Below are positions 36,579-48,021 of a stretch of DNA of 64,000 nt, piece by piece. How positions within the stretch are numbered: position 1 is the stretch's first letter; each line of letters begins with the position of its first letter. The position numbers and the translations under genes were made by a program. The DNA lies in the NCBI GenBank assembly GCA_001600695.1, contig BCKQ01000001.1:1178732-1242731 (forward strand), given 5' to 3'. This DNA is from Ascoidea asiatica JCM 7603 (lineage: Eukaryota > Fungi > Ascomycota). The notes beneath the pieces were generated by a model. That model did no database searches. It had not been told where the DNA came from and saw nothing but the letters and a program-made list of their open reading frames with translations.

Positions 36579-36704
36579 AAAACAACAAAAACAACAAAAA
36601 CTCGAACAAAAACAAGAAAGACCCACGGAAACTATAGCCGTGCCACGGATGAGGCATTGATCCGGTTTATTAGCATTGGTTTATAGAAAATATAAAAAAA
36701 AGAA

Positions 36705-36776
36705 CTCCGCGACGGGGAATTGAACCCCGGTCTGCCACGCGACAAGCGGCAATTCTAGCCACTAAACTATCACGGA
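36705..36776 (-). tRNA. tRNA-Asp(GTC)
   Basis: Reverse complement TCCGTGATAGTTTAGTGGCTAGAATTGCCGCTTGTCGCGTGGCAGACCGGGGTTCAATTCCCCGTCGCGGAG, 72 nt; closely resembles yeast tRNA-Asp; T-run downstream. Confidence 0.97.
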
Positions 36777-37067
36777 TTTTTCCTTGTCAAAAAATATAAA
36801 AAACTTTTCTTCAATGCTATAAGGTCTATTGAAACTTGAAAAAATTGATAATTCATTACTGCTAATTCAATTCCACTACAATTCGTAAATGTTATACTGT
36901 ATAATGTTATATATAATAAGAACTCAATGATTGAAAATTTGAATTAATCAAGAATATTATTAATTTAATTTAACTTTACTATATATTATATATAAAATAA
37001 TATAAAATTAGATAATTTGATAATTTGATAATTTGATAATTTGATTATTATAAGTAATTAATTTTAT

Positions 37068-37676
37068 TTAAAGAAGTAAATAAGAAAATAAAGTGAAAAG
37101 AGAAATAGATAAACCAGAAGTTTTATAATTTAATATACCATCATAATTTGAATTAGCTCCATTAGTTGTAGTAATTGTATGAACTTTTGATTTTGTTGAA
37201 GTTTTTGTTGATGTTGAAGTTTTTGTTTTTGATTTAGTTTTAGTTTTAGTTTTAGTTTTAATTGATGTAGTTTTTTCAGTACTTGTACTTGTAGATTTTT
37301 TATTTAAATTAACATCTTCATTATTATCATCATATTCATTATCATTATCATATACATTATGATGATGATCATCATAATCATTTGAACCCCAATTATTTAA
37401 AAAATCAAAATGTTCTGAAAATGTTGGAATATTTCCCCATCCTAAATAATCTAACATTGAAGTAAATTTATTATATTGATCACGATTTGAAACTTCATTT
37501 GTTTCATCAAAATTTGAATTATAATCTCCATCATCATCATCATGAATATATTCTCCATTTAAAATTTCATCAAGAATTTCATTTTTTTTATTTCTCATTT
37601 CCATAAATGGTGAAAAACTTTCTATAGTTATTAAAAAACTAAAAAAAATAATAAATAAAATATTTCTTAATCTCAT
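37068..37676 (-). CDS. Small secreted, probably GPI-anchored protein of unknown function
   Basis: Hydrophobic signal peptide, acidic D/N/H-rich region, T/K-rich stalk, NGANS plus hydrophobic C-terminus. Confidence 0.75.
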   Translation of the reverse strand: MRLRNILFIIFFSFLITIESFSPFMEMRNKKNEILDEILNGEYIHDDDDGDYNSNFDETNEVSNRDQYNKFTSMLDYLGWGNIPTFSEHFDFLNNWGSNDYDDHHHNVYDNDNEYDDNNEDVNLNKKSTSTSTEKTTSIKTKTKTKTKSKTKTSTSTKTSTKSKVHTITTTNGANSNYDGILNYKTSGLSISLFTLFSYLLL

Positions 37677-38967
37677 TTTTAATTCACAATTTTCTTTTCT
37701 TCCTATACTTCCTACAACTAAATTTAATAAATTACTTTAATTTAACTAGTATTCTTCAATTAATATAAGAAATAAAATAAATAAGATAAATAAATAAAAT
37801 AATAATAGAAAAGAAATTGAAATATATCTCATTATATACGTTTTTTTTTTTTCATTTAAAAAACTAATCAAAGCAATGAAGAAATTTTAATTGATTGGTA
37901 ACTTTAACTACAATAATCTCTTTAATTTACTAAATTTCAATAAAAATGAAATTAGCAATAGAAAAAATAATTAAATTTCATCATAATCAAATCTTTCTTG
38001 CTGTGGAGTCATTTTAATAAAGTATATAAACAAATAATAAGTTGCTACTTTTATAATCCTCTTCTGTCCCAAAGGTCTGTCCTATATACTTCTTCAACAA
38101 GCCCATGCCTATTGCGGTAACTAAAACCCTCGAAACAGACTCTCAAACAACATGCAAGTAAACGCGTAATTTGGTAATCCTGCCGAATCTCTGCGCTTTA
38201 GAAATTGCGCTAGTGTCGCGCTAGTTTTGCGCTGTTCCCGATGTTGCGTCACTCAGACCCCTTTTTTCACCGTCCTCGCCACAGCTACTGCCATAATTAG
38301 CCACCATTAGCCCCAATTGAAGAGAGCAATTGCAATTAGCCACTGCTCCCTGCGAGACCACTTCTGCGGGTTCTCTTGATTACACATCAATCCGTCAAAG
38401 CTCGTTTCTGCTGCTGGTGATGAAATCTCCAAATTCGGTTCCAAACTCACCTTTTAATATAATAAATCTCTAATGAATATGATAATGATTTGAATATCAA
38501 AATATCGATTAGAATATATGAAAATAATATTCTTAATCAAAAATATCTTTAATACAACTTCAACTTCTTATTTTCTTTTAATCTTCTATCATAATATCTT
38601 TCATCAAATATCATTTATCAAATATCAAATATCATTTATCAAATATCATTTATCATATATCGCTAATCAAATACTATTAAATACTATTAAATACTATTAT
38701 ACTAATAAATACTATTAAATATTACTCCTTAACTTTTATCCAAATAATCAAATAATTTTAAATCGTAAAATTTATTTAATATCAAATTTAATTTCCAATT
38801 TATAAATTTTTTGATCTTTACTTAAAGATCATTATTAAACCTTCCAAATTTTAAATTAAAATTTATTCTATATGTGCACTGCTAAAATTTATTAATTGTC
38901 AAAAGACATAACTTAAATTTTTTTAAAAAAAAAAAAAATTCAAATTTTAATCATATTTTTTTAAGAA

Positions 38968-40785
38968 ATGGTAAAAAATCTCTTACAATATGATTCAAAT
39001 TTTTCTAATCCCTCCTGTATCTTTTTAGATATCAGTGATGGGATCAATAATAATAATAATAATAATAATAATAATTATTCAAATAAAAATTTAAATATAT
39101 TAAAAAAAAATTTAAAAACAAATAAAATTTCAAAAAAAATTTCAAAAAAAATTTCAAATTTACAAAAAAATAATTTAAAAATCTCAAAAATTTATAAAAA
39201 TTCAAAAAAAATTAATAAAAATATTAATATTAATATTAATAATAATAATAATAATATTAAAAAAAATTTACAAAAAAATTCATATAATCAAATTGATCAA
39301 TTTAATCAATCAAAAAATCAAATTCAAATTCAAATTCAAACTGAAGTTCAAAATCAAATTCAATCTTTAAATCCAATTGTAAACAAAGTATTTAACTCAA
39401 ATTATCAAGATTCTTTAACTTATATTATTCAAAATTTATCAAAAGATTCTTTAAATTCAAATCAAAAATTTACTTTACTTTCTTTATTATATAATAAACT
39501 TATTAATAATTCAAATTCAAATATTGATAATAATATTAATGATAAATTAATTCATTTATTATTTAATTTATCAAAAGATTCTCATAATCAAAATTTTATT
39601 TTATCTTTATTATCTTTTAAATCTTTATTTTTATTATTTTCTTTAAATTTTGATAATTATTCAAATTTAATAATTGATAGATTTTTACCAGCTTTAAAAA
39701 ATTTAATTTTTAAATCAAATAATGAAAATATTAAAAAAATTGATCCAATTTTTTATTCATTTTTAATTAAAGGTTATACAACTTTATTAATTAATTTTTA
39801 TTCAAATAATGATGATGAAGATTTTGAAGATTTTGAAGATTTTGAAGATATTGAAAATATTATATATTTATTTTTACAAAATTTTGAAAATAATGAAATT
39901 TTTTTTTTAAATAATGATAAAATTCTTTTAACTTTTTTAGAATCTTTAGGTGGATTATTATCATTAATTAATTCAAAATTAAATGAAGAAATTGAAGAAA
40001 TTGAAGAAATTTATGAAATTTATGAAAAATATAATAATTTAATTTTATTAATATTTAATTTAATAATTAAAAAAAATTTATTAAAAAAAAATTATGAAAA
40101 TAAATTAATTTTTAAATCAATTTTAAATTTAATTAATTTATTTTTTGAAAATTTTAAATATTCTATTAAAAAAGATTCAAATTTAATTAAAAATTATTAT
40201 TCAAATTATATTTTAAAGTTTTTTTGTAATAATAATGATAATAATAATGATAATAATAAAGAAATTAAAAAAGAAATTGAAAAATGTTTAAATTTAATTA
40301 ATTATTATATTAATAAAAGTGAATTAAAAATTTTTGAAAATAATTTAGGAAATTTAAAATTAAATTTTAAGATTATTAAATTAAATTCATATTCAAAATT
40401 TTATATTTTTAATCATTTAAAATGGTTATTTGGTAAATCAATTAATTTTCATTTATTTAATAATAATAATAATAATATTTTAAGAATTTTAAATAATTTT
40501 AAATTTATTAATGAAGAAAAAGAAGATATTAATAATAAGAAATGTTATAAGAAATGTGATAAGAAATGTGATAAATTGAAATTGAATTTAAATTCAGATT
40601 TTTTTATAAAATTTCCTTTATCTCCGGTTAGTAATGAAGAAGATAATGAAGAAGAAGATGAAGAAGAAGAAGAAGAGAAAGGTAAATTTATTAATTTAAA
40701 ATCAGATTATAATGAAAATGTTTTTAAAAGTATTGAAATTTTTTCAAATAATAATTCATTAAATTCACATTCAATTATGATTTAA
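38968..40785 (+). CDS. N/K/I-rich protein, possibly a divergent IFRD (interferon-related developmental regulator) ARM-like protein
   Basis: 605-codon ORF; helical central region; KLNSYSKFYIFNHLKWLFG...HL recalls the fungal IFRD C-terminal motif. Family call is tentative. Confidence 0.5.
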   Translation: MVKNLLQYDSNFSNPSCIFLDISDGINNNNNNNNNNYSNKNLNILKKNLKTNKISKKISKKISNLQKNNLKISKIYKNSKKINKNINININNNNNNIKKNLQKNSYNQIDQFNQSKNQIQIQIQTEVQNQIQSLNPIVNKVFNSNYQDSLTYIIQNLSKDSLNSNQKFTLLSLLYNKLINNSNSNIDNNINDKLIHLLFNLSKDSHNQNFILSLLSFKSLFLLFSLNFDNYSNLIIDRFLPALKNLIFKSNNENIKKIDPIFYSFLIKGYTTLLINFYSNNDDEDFEDFEDFEDIENIIYLFLQNFENNEIFFLNNDKILLTFLESLGGLLSLINSKLNEEIEEIEEIYEIYEKYNNLILLIFNLIIKKNLLKKNYENKLIFKSILNLINLFFENFKYSIKKDSNLIKNYYSNYILKFFCNNNDNNNDNNKEIKKEIEKCLNLINYYINKSELKIFENNLGNLKLNFKIIKLNSYSKFYIFNHLKWLFGKSINFHLFNNNNNNILRILNNFKFINEEKEDINNKKCYKKCDKKCDKLKLNLNSDFFIKFPLSPVSNEEDNEEEDEEEEEEKGKFINLKSDYNENVFKSIEIFSNNNSLNSHSIMI

Positions 40786-40849
40786 AATACAATATAATAT
40801 AATATATGATATTGACTTCGATAAAGATATTGTAAAATATTGTAAGATA

Positions 40850-41713
40850 TTAAGTTATATTTTTTTTAATATTATTCCAAAATATATTTCTTTGATTAAT
40901 TAAAGCTAAAGCTAAATTTTTAATTTGAATAATATTAATTTGATTAATTGAATTAAAAAATTGTTGTAAATTTAAATTACCATTAAATTTTTTTTCATAT
41001 TCAAAAGCTTGAATTAACATTTCAAATTTATCAATAGATTTAACAATTTTACCTTCAATTGATAATTGATTTTCATAATTTAACCATAAATTTAAAATTT
41101 TAAAAGAAATTAAAGAATTATATGGTTTTATTAAATTTTCACAAATATATAAAATTGTTTTTAATTCTCTATAATGTTTTTCAAATTTTGAAATTTTATC
41201 AATTGGAGTTATATCACCAACTAAACATTCAGATAAATCATGAATTAAAGAAATTTCAATACATTTTGAAGTATTAAAAGATAAATTATCATCATTATTA
41301 TTATTATTATTAATTAATAATTTTGAAATTATTGCCATTCTATACATATGATCACTAATTGATTCAGCATCTTTTATACCAAAATTTAACCATCCAGTTC
41401 TTTTTTGAGTTTTTAATAAACTTATAATATTTAAAAAAGCAAGAATTAAATTTAAATTTTTTTCATTATCATTATCATTATCATTATCTGAAGTTGTTGT
41501 TGTTGTTGTATTAAAGTTATCATTAATTATAATTTTAATATCATTTGGAATTTGATCTTCTGGTTTCCAATGAGAAAATTTTTCAATATCTTCATTTGTA
41601 AATTCAGAAAGTAAACTTGAATAATCAAAATTAGCATGAGTGATAACTGGAGTATCATTACTATCATTACTATCATTACTATCACTAGTAGAATTTGATA
41701 AAGAGCGAGTCAT
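40850..41713 (-). CDS. HD-domain 5'-deoxynucleotidase (HDDC2 / YBR242W / YGK1 family)
   Basis: LKTQKRTGW, ESISDHMYRM, LIHDLSECLVGDITP, VKSIDKFEM. True ATG is probably 41713 (MTRSLS); the longer ORF-track call runs through microsatellites. Confidence 0.93.
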   Translation of the reverse strand: MTRSLSNSTSDSNDSNDSNDTPVITHANFDYSSLLSEFTNEDIEKFSHWKPEDQIPNDIKIIINDNFNTTTTTTSDNDNDNDNEKNLNLILAFLNIISLLKTQKRTGWLNFGIKDAESISDHMYRMAIISKLLINNNNNNDDNLSFNTSKCIEISLIHDLSECLVGDITPIDKISKFEKHYRELKTILYICENLIKPYNSLISFKILNLWLNYENQLSIEGKIVKSIDKFEMLIQAFEYEKKFNGNLNLQQFFNSINQINIIQIKNLALALINQRNIFWNNIKKNIT

Positions 41714-42110
41714 TTTATTAAGGGAATAATGATAAATGTAATGATAAAGACAATAAAGACAATAAAGACAATATGAATTTAAATAAACGTATAAATTAGA
41801 AGTACATTGGTAATAGTAATATAATAGTAATAGTAATAGTAATAGTAATACTGTAACTGCACACCAGCCACACCGCCTCCCGCTGCGGCTCGTACAACAA
41901 CTACTTCTCTTCTCTTCTCTTCTCTTCTCTTCTCTCTCCTCTCCATCACCGTCCACCGTGTACTCTACCGTCTACCTACCGTCTACTCCTCTCTCTCTCT
42001 CTCCATTTATTCTCTCTCCATTTATTCTCTCTTCTTCATCTACCGTCAACCACTTCTCTTCTTCTTCATTCTCTTCTTCTTCATTCTCGTTGCCGTGATC
42101 GTCTTCTACC

Positions 42111-42151
42111 ACTCTCCCACGTGACAGCATAAGATACTCTCCCACGTGACA
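42111..42151. promoter_or_regulatory. Duplicated Cbf1 site in the divergent HD-nucleotidase/KTI11 promoter
   Basis: ACTCTCCCACGTGACA at 42111-42126 and 42136-42151 (GTCACGTG on the minus strand). Confidence 0.6.
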
Positions 42152-42391
42152 ACAAGGGCATAAAGTTATTTATTGCAACCAGTTCTGGTTCAAGAAAATA
42201 TTCTCTTAAACTTCACCGTTAACTTCATTTTATTCATTTTATTCATTTAAAAGAATCATTTTGTTCATTTACAACTGTTTTCCTCTTCTATCAATAAGAA
42301 TATATCAAACCTCTATCTAAATACAAACACTAATACAATATATTTAATATTCTTATATTTAATATTCTTATATTCTTCTTATTCTTCTTAA

Positions 42392-42700
42392 ATGGGATTT
42401 AACTCAATTTTTGGTAAATTAACAATGTCTTCATTAATAGATTCAATTTATGATCAAATTGAAATTGATGATTTTTCATTTGATTCAATAACTCAATTAT
42501 TTTCATTTCCATGTCCATGTGGTGATAAATTTCAAATATCTTTAGATGATTTAAAAAATGGTGAAGAAATTGCAATTTGTCCTTCATGTTCTTTAATGAT
42601 TCAAATTATTTATGAATTTAATGATTTAAATCAATATATTAAAGAAATTAATAATCAAAATTCAATATCAAATTCTAATCAAAATCCAATATTTGCTTAA
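42392..42700 (+). CDS. KTI11: CSL zinc-finger protein Kti11/Dph3
   Basis: YDQIEIDDF...[16 protein letters not shown]...[10 protein letters not shown]; alternative start ATG at 42425. Confidence 0.95.
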   Translation: MGFNSIFGKLTMSSLIDSIYDQIEIDDFSFDSITQLFSFPCPCGDKFQISLDDLKNGEEIAICPSCSLMIQIIYEFNDLNQYIKEINNQNSISNSNQNPIFA

Positions 42701-42744
42701 TACTCTCTCCTTCTCCTTCTCTTCTCCTTCTTTGTATATTATAT

Positions 42745-42794
42745 TTCATTCATTCATTCATTCATTCATTCATTCATTCATTCATTCATTCATT
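42745..42794. repeat. (TTCA)n microsatellite
   Basis: About 12 tandem TTCA units downstream of KTI11. Confidence 0.9.
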
Positions 42795-43244
42795 TCTTTA
42801 TATATATAAAATTGTTTTATTTTGGTCTCTCTATTATCTTTAGTTATTATATACTTTATATACTTTATATACTTTTTATATACTTTTTATATACTTTTTA
42901 TTCAATAAAATCATTTACTTCTTACTTACTTACCTCTTTGTAGTTTGTCTCCTATAAATATTCAATTAAACGCCGAAACTATTAAAATCCGACATTCACT
43001 TCCATACATTACATACATTACATATATTATATATTACATATATTACATACATTACATACATTATATTATATATGAGGTATTTAAAATAAATAAAGCTTTA
43101 AATTATCTTACTTCTCTTACTTCTCTTATTTATCTTATTTATTATTAGTTTGTTAAAAAGTAAATTAACCGCTGATACAATTATTTTATATTTCTATATA
43201 TTATATCACATATATACATATATACATACATACATACATACATA

Positions 43245-44534
43245 ATGAATATAACAAATTTACAAGATCTTGATAGAAATGATATTCAAGATCCAATTAT
43301 TCTTAAAAATCAAATTTATAATACAAATAACAATAACAACAATAATAATTCATTACCAAAAGAAATAAAAATTGAAAATTTAAATTCAAGAGTTGGTAGA
43401 CCATTAAGAAATATAAAATATTTACCAATTAAAAAAATATCTTTTTTAACAAATAAAACAATTTTACCAAATTTTAATTATGATAAAATTAATTTTAAAA
43501 ATTTAAATATTAATGAAATTATTATTCAAATTAAATCAATTTCTTTAAATCCAATTGATTTAAAAATTAAAAATTATTTTAAATCAGATTTTTATGGTAA
43601 TTTAAAAGGTTTTGGTAGAGAATATTCTGGAATTGTATTTAAATCAAATAATAAAAATTTTAATAATGGTGATATTGTTTCTGGAATTTATTTTCATATT
43701 TTTAATAATGGTACTTTATCTTCTCATATAAAAATTAATTTAAAAATTGATCCAATTATAAAAATTGATAATTTAACTTATAATTTATTAAATTTTAATA
43801 AATTATCTTCTTGGAATTTTACTTTTATAATTATAAATCAAATTTTAAATAAAATTAAATCTTTTTATTCAAATAATAATTTTTTAGATTCTTCAAAAAA
43901 AATTTTAATTAATGGTGGTTCAACTTTTACAAGTTTAATAATTATTCAAATTTTAAAAAAAATTTATAATATTAATAATATAACTATAATTTGTTCAGGA
44001 AATTCAATAAATTTTTTAAAAAAATTTTTAAATATTAATAAAAATTCATTTATTAATTATAGAGAATTTAATGGTGATATAATTAAAAATTTAAATAATT
44101 ATTTATTAATTAATAAAAATTTAAAATTTGATATAATTTTAGATTTTATTGGTGGTTATAAAATTTTATCAAATATTTCAAATTTTATTAATAATAATAA
44201 TAAAAATTCAATATATTTAACAACTGTTGGTGATAAAAAATCAATTTATAAAAAAGATTTAATAAATTTAAATAAAAATTTAATTTTTTCAAAAACAAGA
44301 AATAATTTTAATAAATTAATTTGGGGTTTTAATTATATAAAATTTAATTATAATTTTTCAAATTTAAATGAATGTAATGAATTTTTAAATATTGGTAAAA
44401 ATTTATTATCTCAAGGTAAATTAATTTTATTTATTGATTCAATTTATAATTGGAAAGATATTCAAATTGCTTTAAATAAATTATCAACTCAACATGCAAG
44501 AGGTAAAATAGTTCTTGAAGTTGATGAATTCTAA
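43245..44534 (+). CDS. AST1: Ast1/Ast2-like medium-chain dehydrogenase/reductase-fold protein
   Basis: PKEI...RVGRPLRNIKYLPIK, LNPIDLKI, GFGREYSGIV, ILINGGST, GKIVLEVDEF match the Ast1 pattern. Confidence 0.85.
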   Translation: MNITNLQDLDRNDIQDPIILKNQIYNTNNNNNNNNSLPKEIKIENLNSRVGRPLRNIKYLPIKKISFLTNKTILPNFNYDKINFKNLNINEIIIQIKSISLNPIDLKIKNYFKSDFYGNLKGFGREYSGIVFKSNNKNFNNGDIVSGIYFHIFNNGTLSSHIKINLKIDPIIKIDNLTYNLLNFNKLSSWNFTFIIINQILNKIKSFYSNNNFLDSSKKILINGGSTFTSLIIIQILKKIYNINNITIICSGNSINFLKKFLNINKNSFINYREFNGDIIKNLNNYLLINKNLKFDIILDFIGGYKILSNISNFINNNNKNSIYLTTVGDKKSIYKKDLINLNKNLIFSKTRNNFNKLIWGFNYIKFNYNFSNLNECNEFLNIGKNLLSQGKLILFIDSIYNWKDIQIALNKLSTQHARGKIVLEVDEF

Positions 44535-44611
44535 TCCATTAACTTCATTTATATATTCATTTATTTATATATTCATTTATTTATTATTGACTATTGAAAA
44601 AACTAAAAAAA

Positions 44612-45004
44612 TTATATAAACTCTTTTATTTTAAAATTTAAATCCCTTTTATAAAAAATCCAATTATGTTTATTTTTATTTTTACTTAAAAATGGTAATA
44701 AATTTTCATTTAAATTAAAATTTAAATATAATTCTAATTGACCTAATTTATTCATTAAAATTGTAGTTGTAAAAAGAAAATCTCCTTTATAATCAAAAAT
44801 TAAACTTTCAAATAAAAATTCATCAGAAATTTTATATGAATTTTTTTTTGTTAATTTATTAAAATTTAAATCTGATTCTGGTAATGGAATTTTTGTTAAT
44901 TTTAAAGAATTTGTAAATGATAATAATAATTTTTCTTGAATTTTACTAATTTCTAAATCAAAATTTTTTTCATTATCATTATTTAATATTATTGTTGAAG
45001 TTGT

Positions 45005-45035
<31 letters not shown>

Positions 45036-46243
45036 AATGAGGAGTTAAGAGTTAAATGATTATTTAAATTTTTATAAAAAGTTTCATTCATTGGAGAATT
45101 TAATATTAATATAAAAGGTCTTATATTATTTTCATTTTCATTTTTATTATCTTCATTATCATTATTAATATAATTACCTAAATAAAAATCATAACCTAAA
45201 GGAGATAAATTATAATTTAAAATTGAAATTTTTTTATAAATTTCAGATAAAGATAAAGGTAAAATTTGTTTACAATTAATTTTATTTAAAATTTGATTAT
45301 TATTTTTAATATTAAATTGATTAATATTACATAATTTTGGTAAATGAATTGAAATTTCATAATTACAAGTTTTAAATTCTTTAATATAATTTATAATTGG
45401 ATAATTTAAATTTGAATTACATGAATAAATAATATTTGAAGATCTTTTATAATTTGTTAAATCACAATTTGTACCATGATTAATTTCTTGAATTAAAACT
45501 AAAGAATTTGAATTTGAATTTAATTGATGATTATTATTATTATTATTATTATTAATATTAATATTATTTAAATTATTTGAAGATTGAGAGATGAAATTTG
45601 AAGATAATTGTAAATTTTTTAAATTATTTGAATTATTATTAAATTTACCTAAATAATATAAAGGTAATTGAGGATCTCTTTTATGATTTTGAAATTGAAT
45701 TGGATTATTATTTAAATTTAAATTTATATCATGAAATTGAGATATATAATTATTAAAACAAAATGAATATGTCCAATAACCAGAAATATAATATAAACAA
45801 ATATTATTTAAAGTTTCATTAATAAAATTTATTGCAATTTTTTTAATTTCAGTTTCATTATAATTTAAAATATTTGAAATATTTGAAATATTTTTTTCAT
45901 TTAAATTTGATTTATATAAATCAGGTAATAAATTATATAATGGATTTTTTAAATGATTTGAAATATTTGGAAATAAACAAATAAAAGATTTATTATTTGA
46001 TAAATTAATTAAAGTATATGAATCATTATTTAATAAATTATATATATCATTTTTGTTATTATCATTATTATTAATTGAATTAAATTGATAATTAATTGAA
46101 TATTTTGGATTTGAATATATATCTTCATAAACATTAAATGAATTTACAAAATTAAGTATATAAGATAATAAAATTATTATTATTAAAGATGATGAAGATG
46201 ATGAAGATTTATATGATAATATTGAAAAGGGTATTATTAACAT
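44612..46243 (-). CDS. YOS9: ER lectin Yos9/OS-9 (MRH domain)
   Basis: Signal peptide; FNVYEDIYSNPKY; CLYYISGYWTYSFCF...QFH; GTNCDLT..KR; EFKTCNYEISIHLPKLC. Confidence 0.88.
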
Positions 46244-47078
46244 GATTATTATGACATTTATGATGATTATTAGTAAGAACTAAATGAATTAGAATGAATT
46301 AGAATGTAATTGATTAATATAATGAATTGATATTGGATATTTAATATTTAAACCTTTATTTATTTGATATATTTTATATATTTTATTTATTTGATATATT
46401 TTATATACTGTATTTGATAGAGGCACATAGATTTAGACACAGTTAATAATTGAATTAGGCAATTTAAAAAGATGAGGTGGTGAATTGAAAACACCCCGGG
46501 TTACGTAAGCAGGAGGTAAGCAGGGAGTTGAGGCCAGAGCTGTGGGTTCTCTCCACTTGAAGTGCTCAAACATAAAATTGCATTAAAGCACGTTAACCAC
46601 TTCAATGGGTCTAATCAGTTGTCGCCAGAATAACGGGGTTAGTGCACATGACCTGTCTTCTTGACTAAACAGAGAGTGGCGGTGGGAGTGGCGGCAGAGG
46701 AGAACTGCGATTGGGCAGGATGACCCCTCAGCCTGAACTACGGTGGTGATCAGTGGTGGTGCTTATCGGTAGTAGTAGTGGTAGTGGTAGTTTGCTCCCT
46801 CGAGTGCATCGCCCTTTTATCGTCCATGTGCTTTGCTGCTTGGCTTCTTTGCTTCTTTGCTTCTGTTGTTTTGTTCTTCTGGTCATGGATATTTAAACCA
46901 GAGCTGAATCATGATACGAATGGATTGATTGATTACTCTTAAATATATTCTATATCTAATATATTCTATATCTAATATACTCTTATTTATAATTGCAATC
47001 CATTTCATATTCAATCAATCAATTAATCAATAAATAAATAAATCAATTAACTAAACACTAATATAATATAATATCAAA

Positions 47079-47453
47079 ATGAGATCTCAATTCAAAGATG
47101 AACATCCATTTGAAAAAAGAAAAGCAGAAGCTATGAGAATTCGTCAAAAATTCACAGATAGAATTCCAGTAATTTGTGAAAAAGTTGAAAAATCAGATAT
47201 TCAAGAAATTGATAAAAGAAAATATTTAGTACCTTCAGATTTAACAGTTGGACAATTTGTTTATGTTATAAGAAAAAGAATTAAATTACCTGCAGAAAAG
47301 GCAATTTTTATATTTGTTAATGATATTTTACCACCAACCGCTGCTTTAATGTCAAGTATTTATGATGAACATAAAGATGAAGATGGCTTTTTATATGTTT
47401 TATATTCTGGTGAAAATACTTTTGGTAATGAGAATGGTAATATAAACATATAA
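47079..47453 (+). CDS. ATG8: Autophagy ubiquitin-like protein Atg8
   Basis: [18 protein letters not shown]...[24 protein letters not shown]...YSGENTFG plus an 8-aa tail. Confidence 0.99.
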   Translation: MRSQFKDEHPFEKRKAEAMRIRQKFTDRIPVICEKVEKSDIQEIDKRKYLVPSDLTVGQFVYVIRKRIKLPAEKAIFIFVNDILPPTAALMSSIYDEHKDEDGFLYVLYSGENTFGNENGNINI

Positions 47454-47602
47454 ACATATAAACATATAAACATATACAATTCAAAATATACAATTTAAAA
47501 TATATCTAATAATATAAAAAAATAACTGCTCTCATGCTTCAATTCTATCTCATGTCTCCTGTTGCTTATGATTCTTCTTCTCTTCTCTTCTTCCTTTCTC
47601 TT

Positions 47603-47671
47603 CTCTATCTATCTCTATCTCTATCTCTATCTATCTCTATCTCTATCTCTATCTCTATCTCTATCTCTATC
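47603..47671. repeat. (CTATCT)n microsatellite
   Basis: Hexamer array with occasional CTAT units. Confidence 0.9.
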
Positions 47672-48021
47672 TCTTATTTATCTCTTTTCTCTTTCTGTTT
47701 CTTTCCTCGTAACTTCTGATAATAAACAAACTTCTCTTATCTCATTCTTTGCCACTCACCATCCTCACACCAGCCTTGCTTACATAACAAACACCACTTT
47801 ATTACGTACCCCATATACTAATTTCTATCCTTTAATTTCTTGATCCTTTATTTTTTATTGTTTATTGTTTATTTTTTATTGTTTAATGTTTAATGAAACG
47901 ATAAAGGAAATGATGAATTAAACCAAATGATATTCATTAATATATAAAGTATCATTCAAGGAATATCATTGGAATACTATTGGAATACTATTGGAATACC
48001 CTTAAGAACAAATATATTATA

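Noticed and set aside
41714-41956. 81-aa N-terminal extension of the HD-domain ORF from a GTG start
   Set aside because: Non-ATG start; it translates promoter microsatellites (poly-L/Y, EEKRR). ATG 41713 is more plausible.
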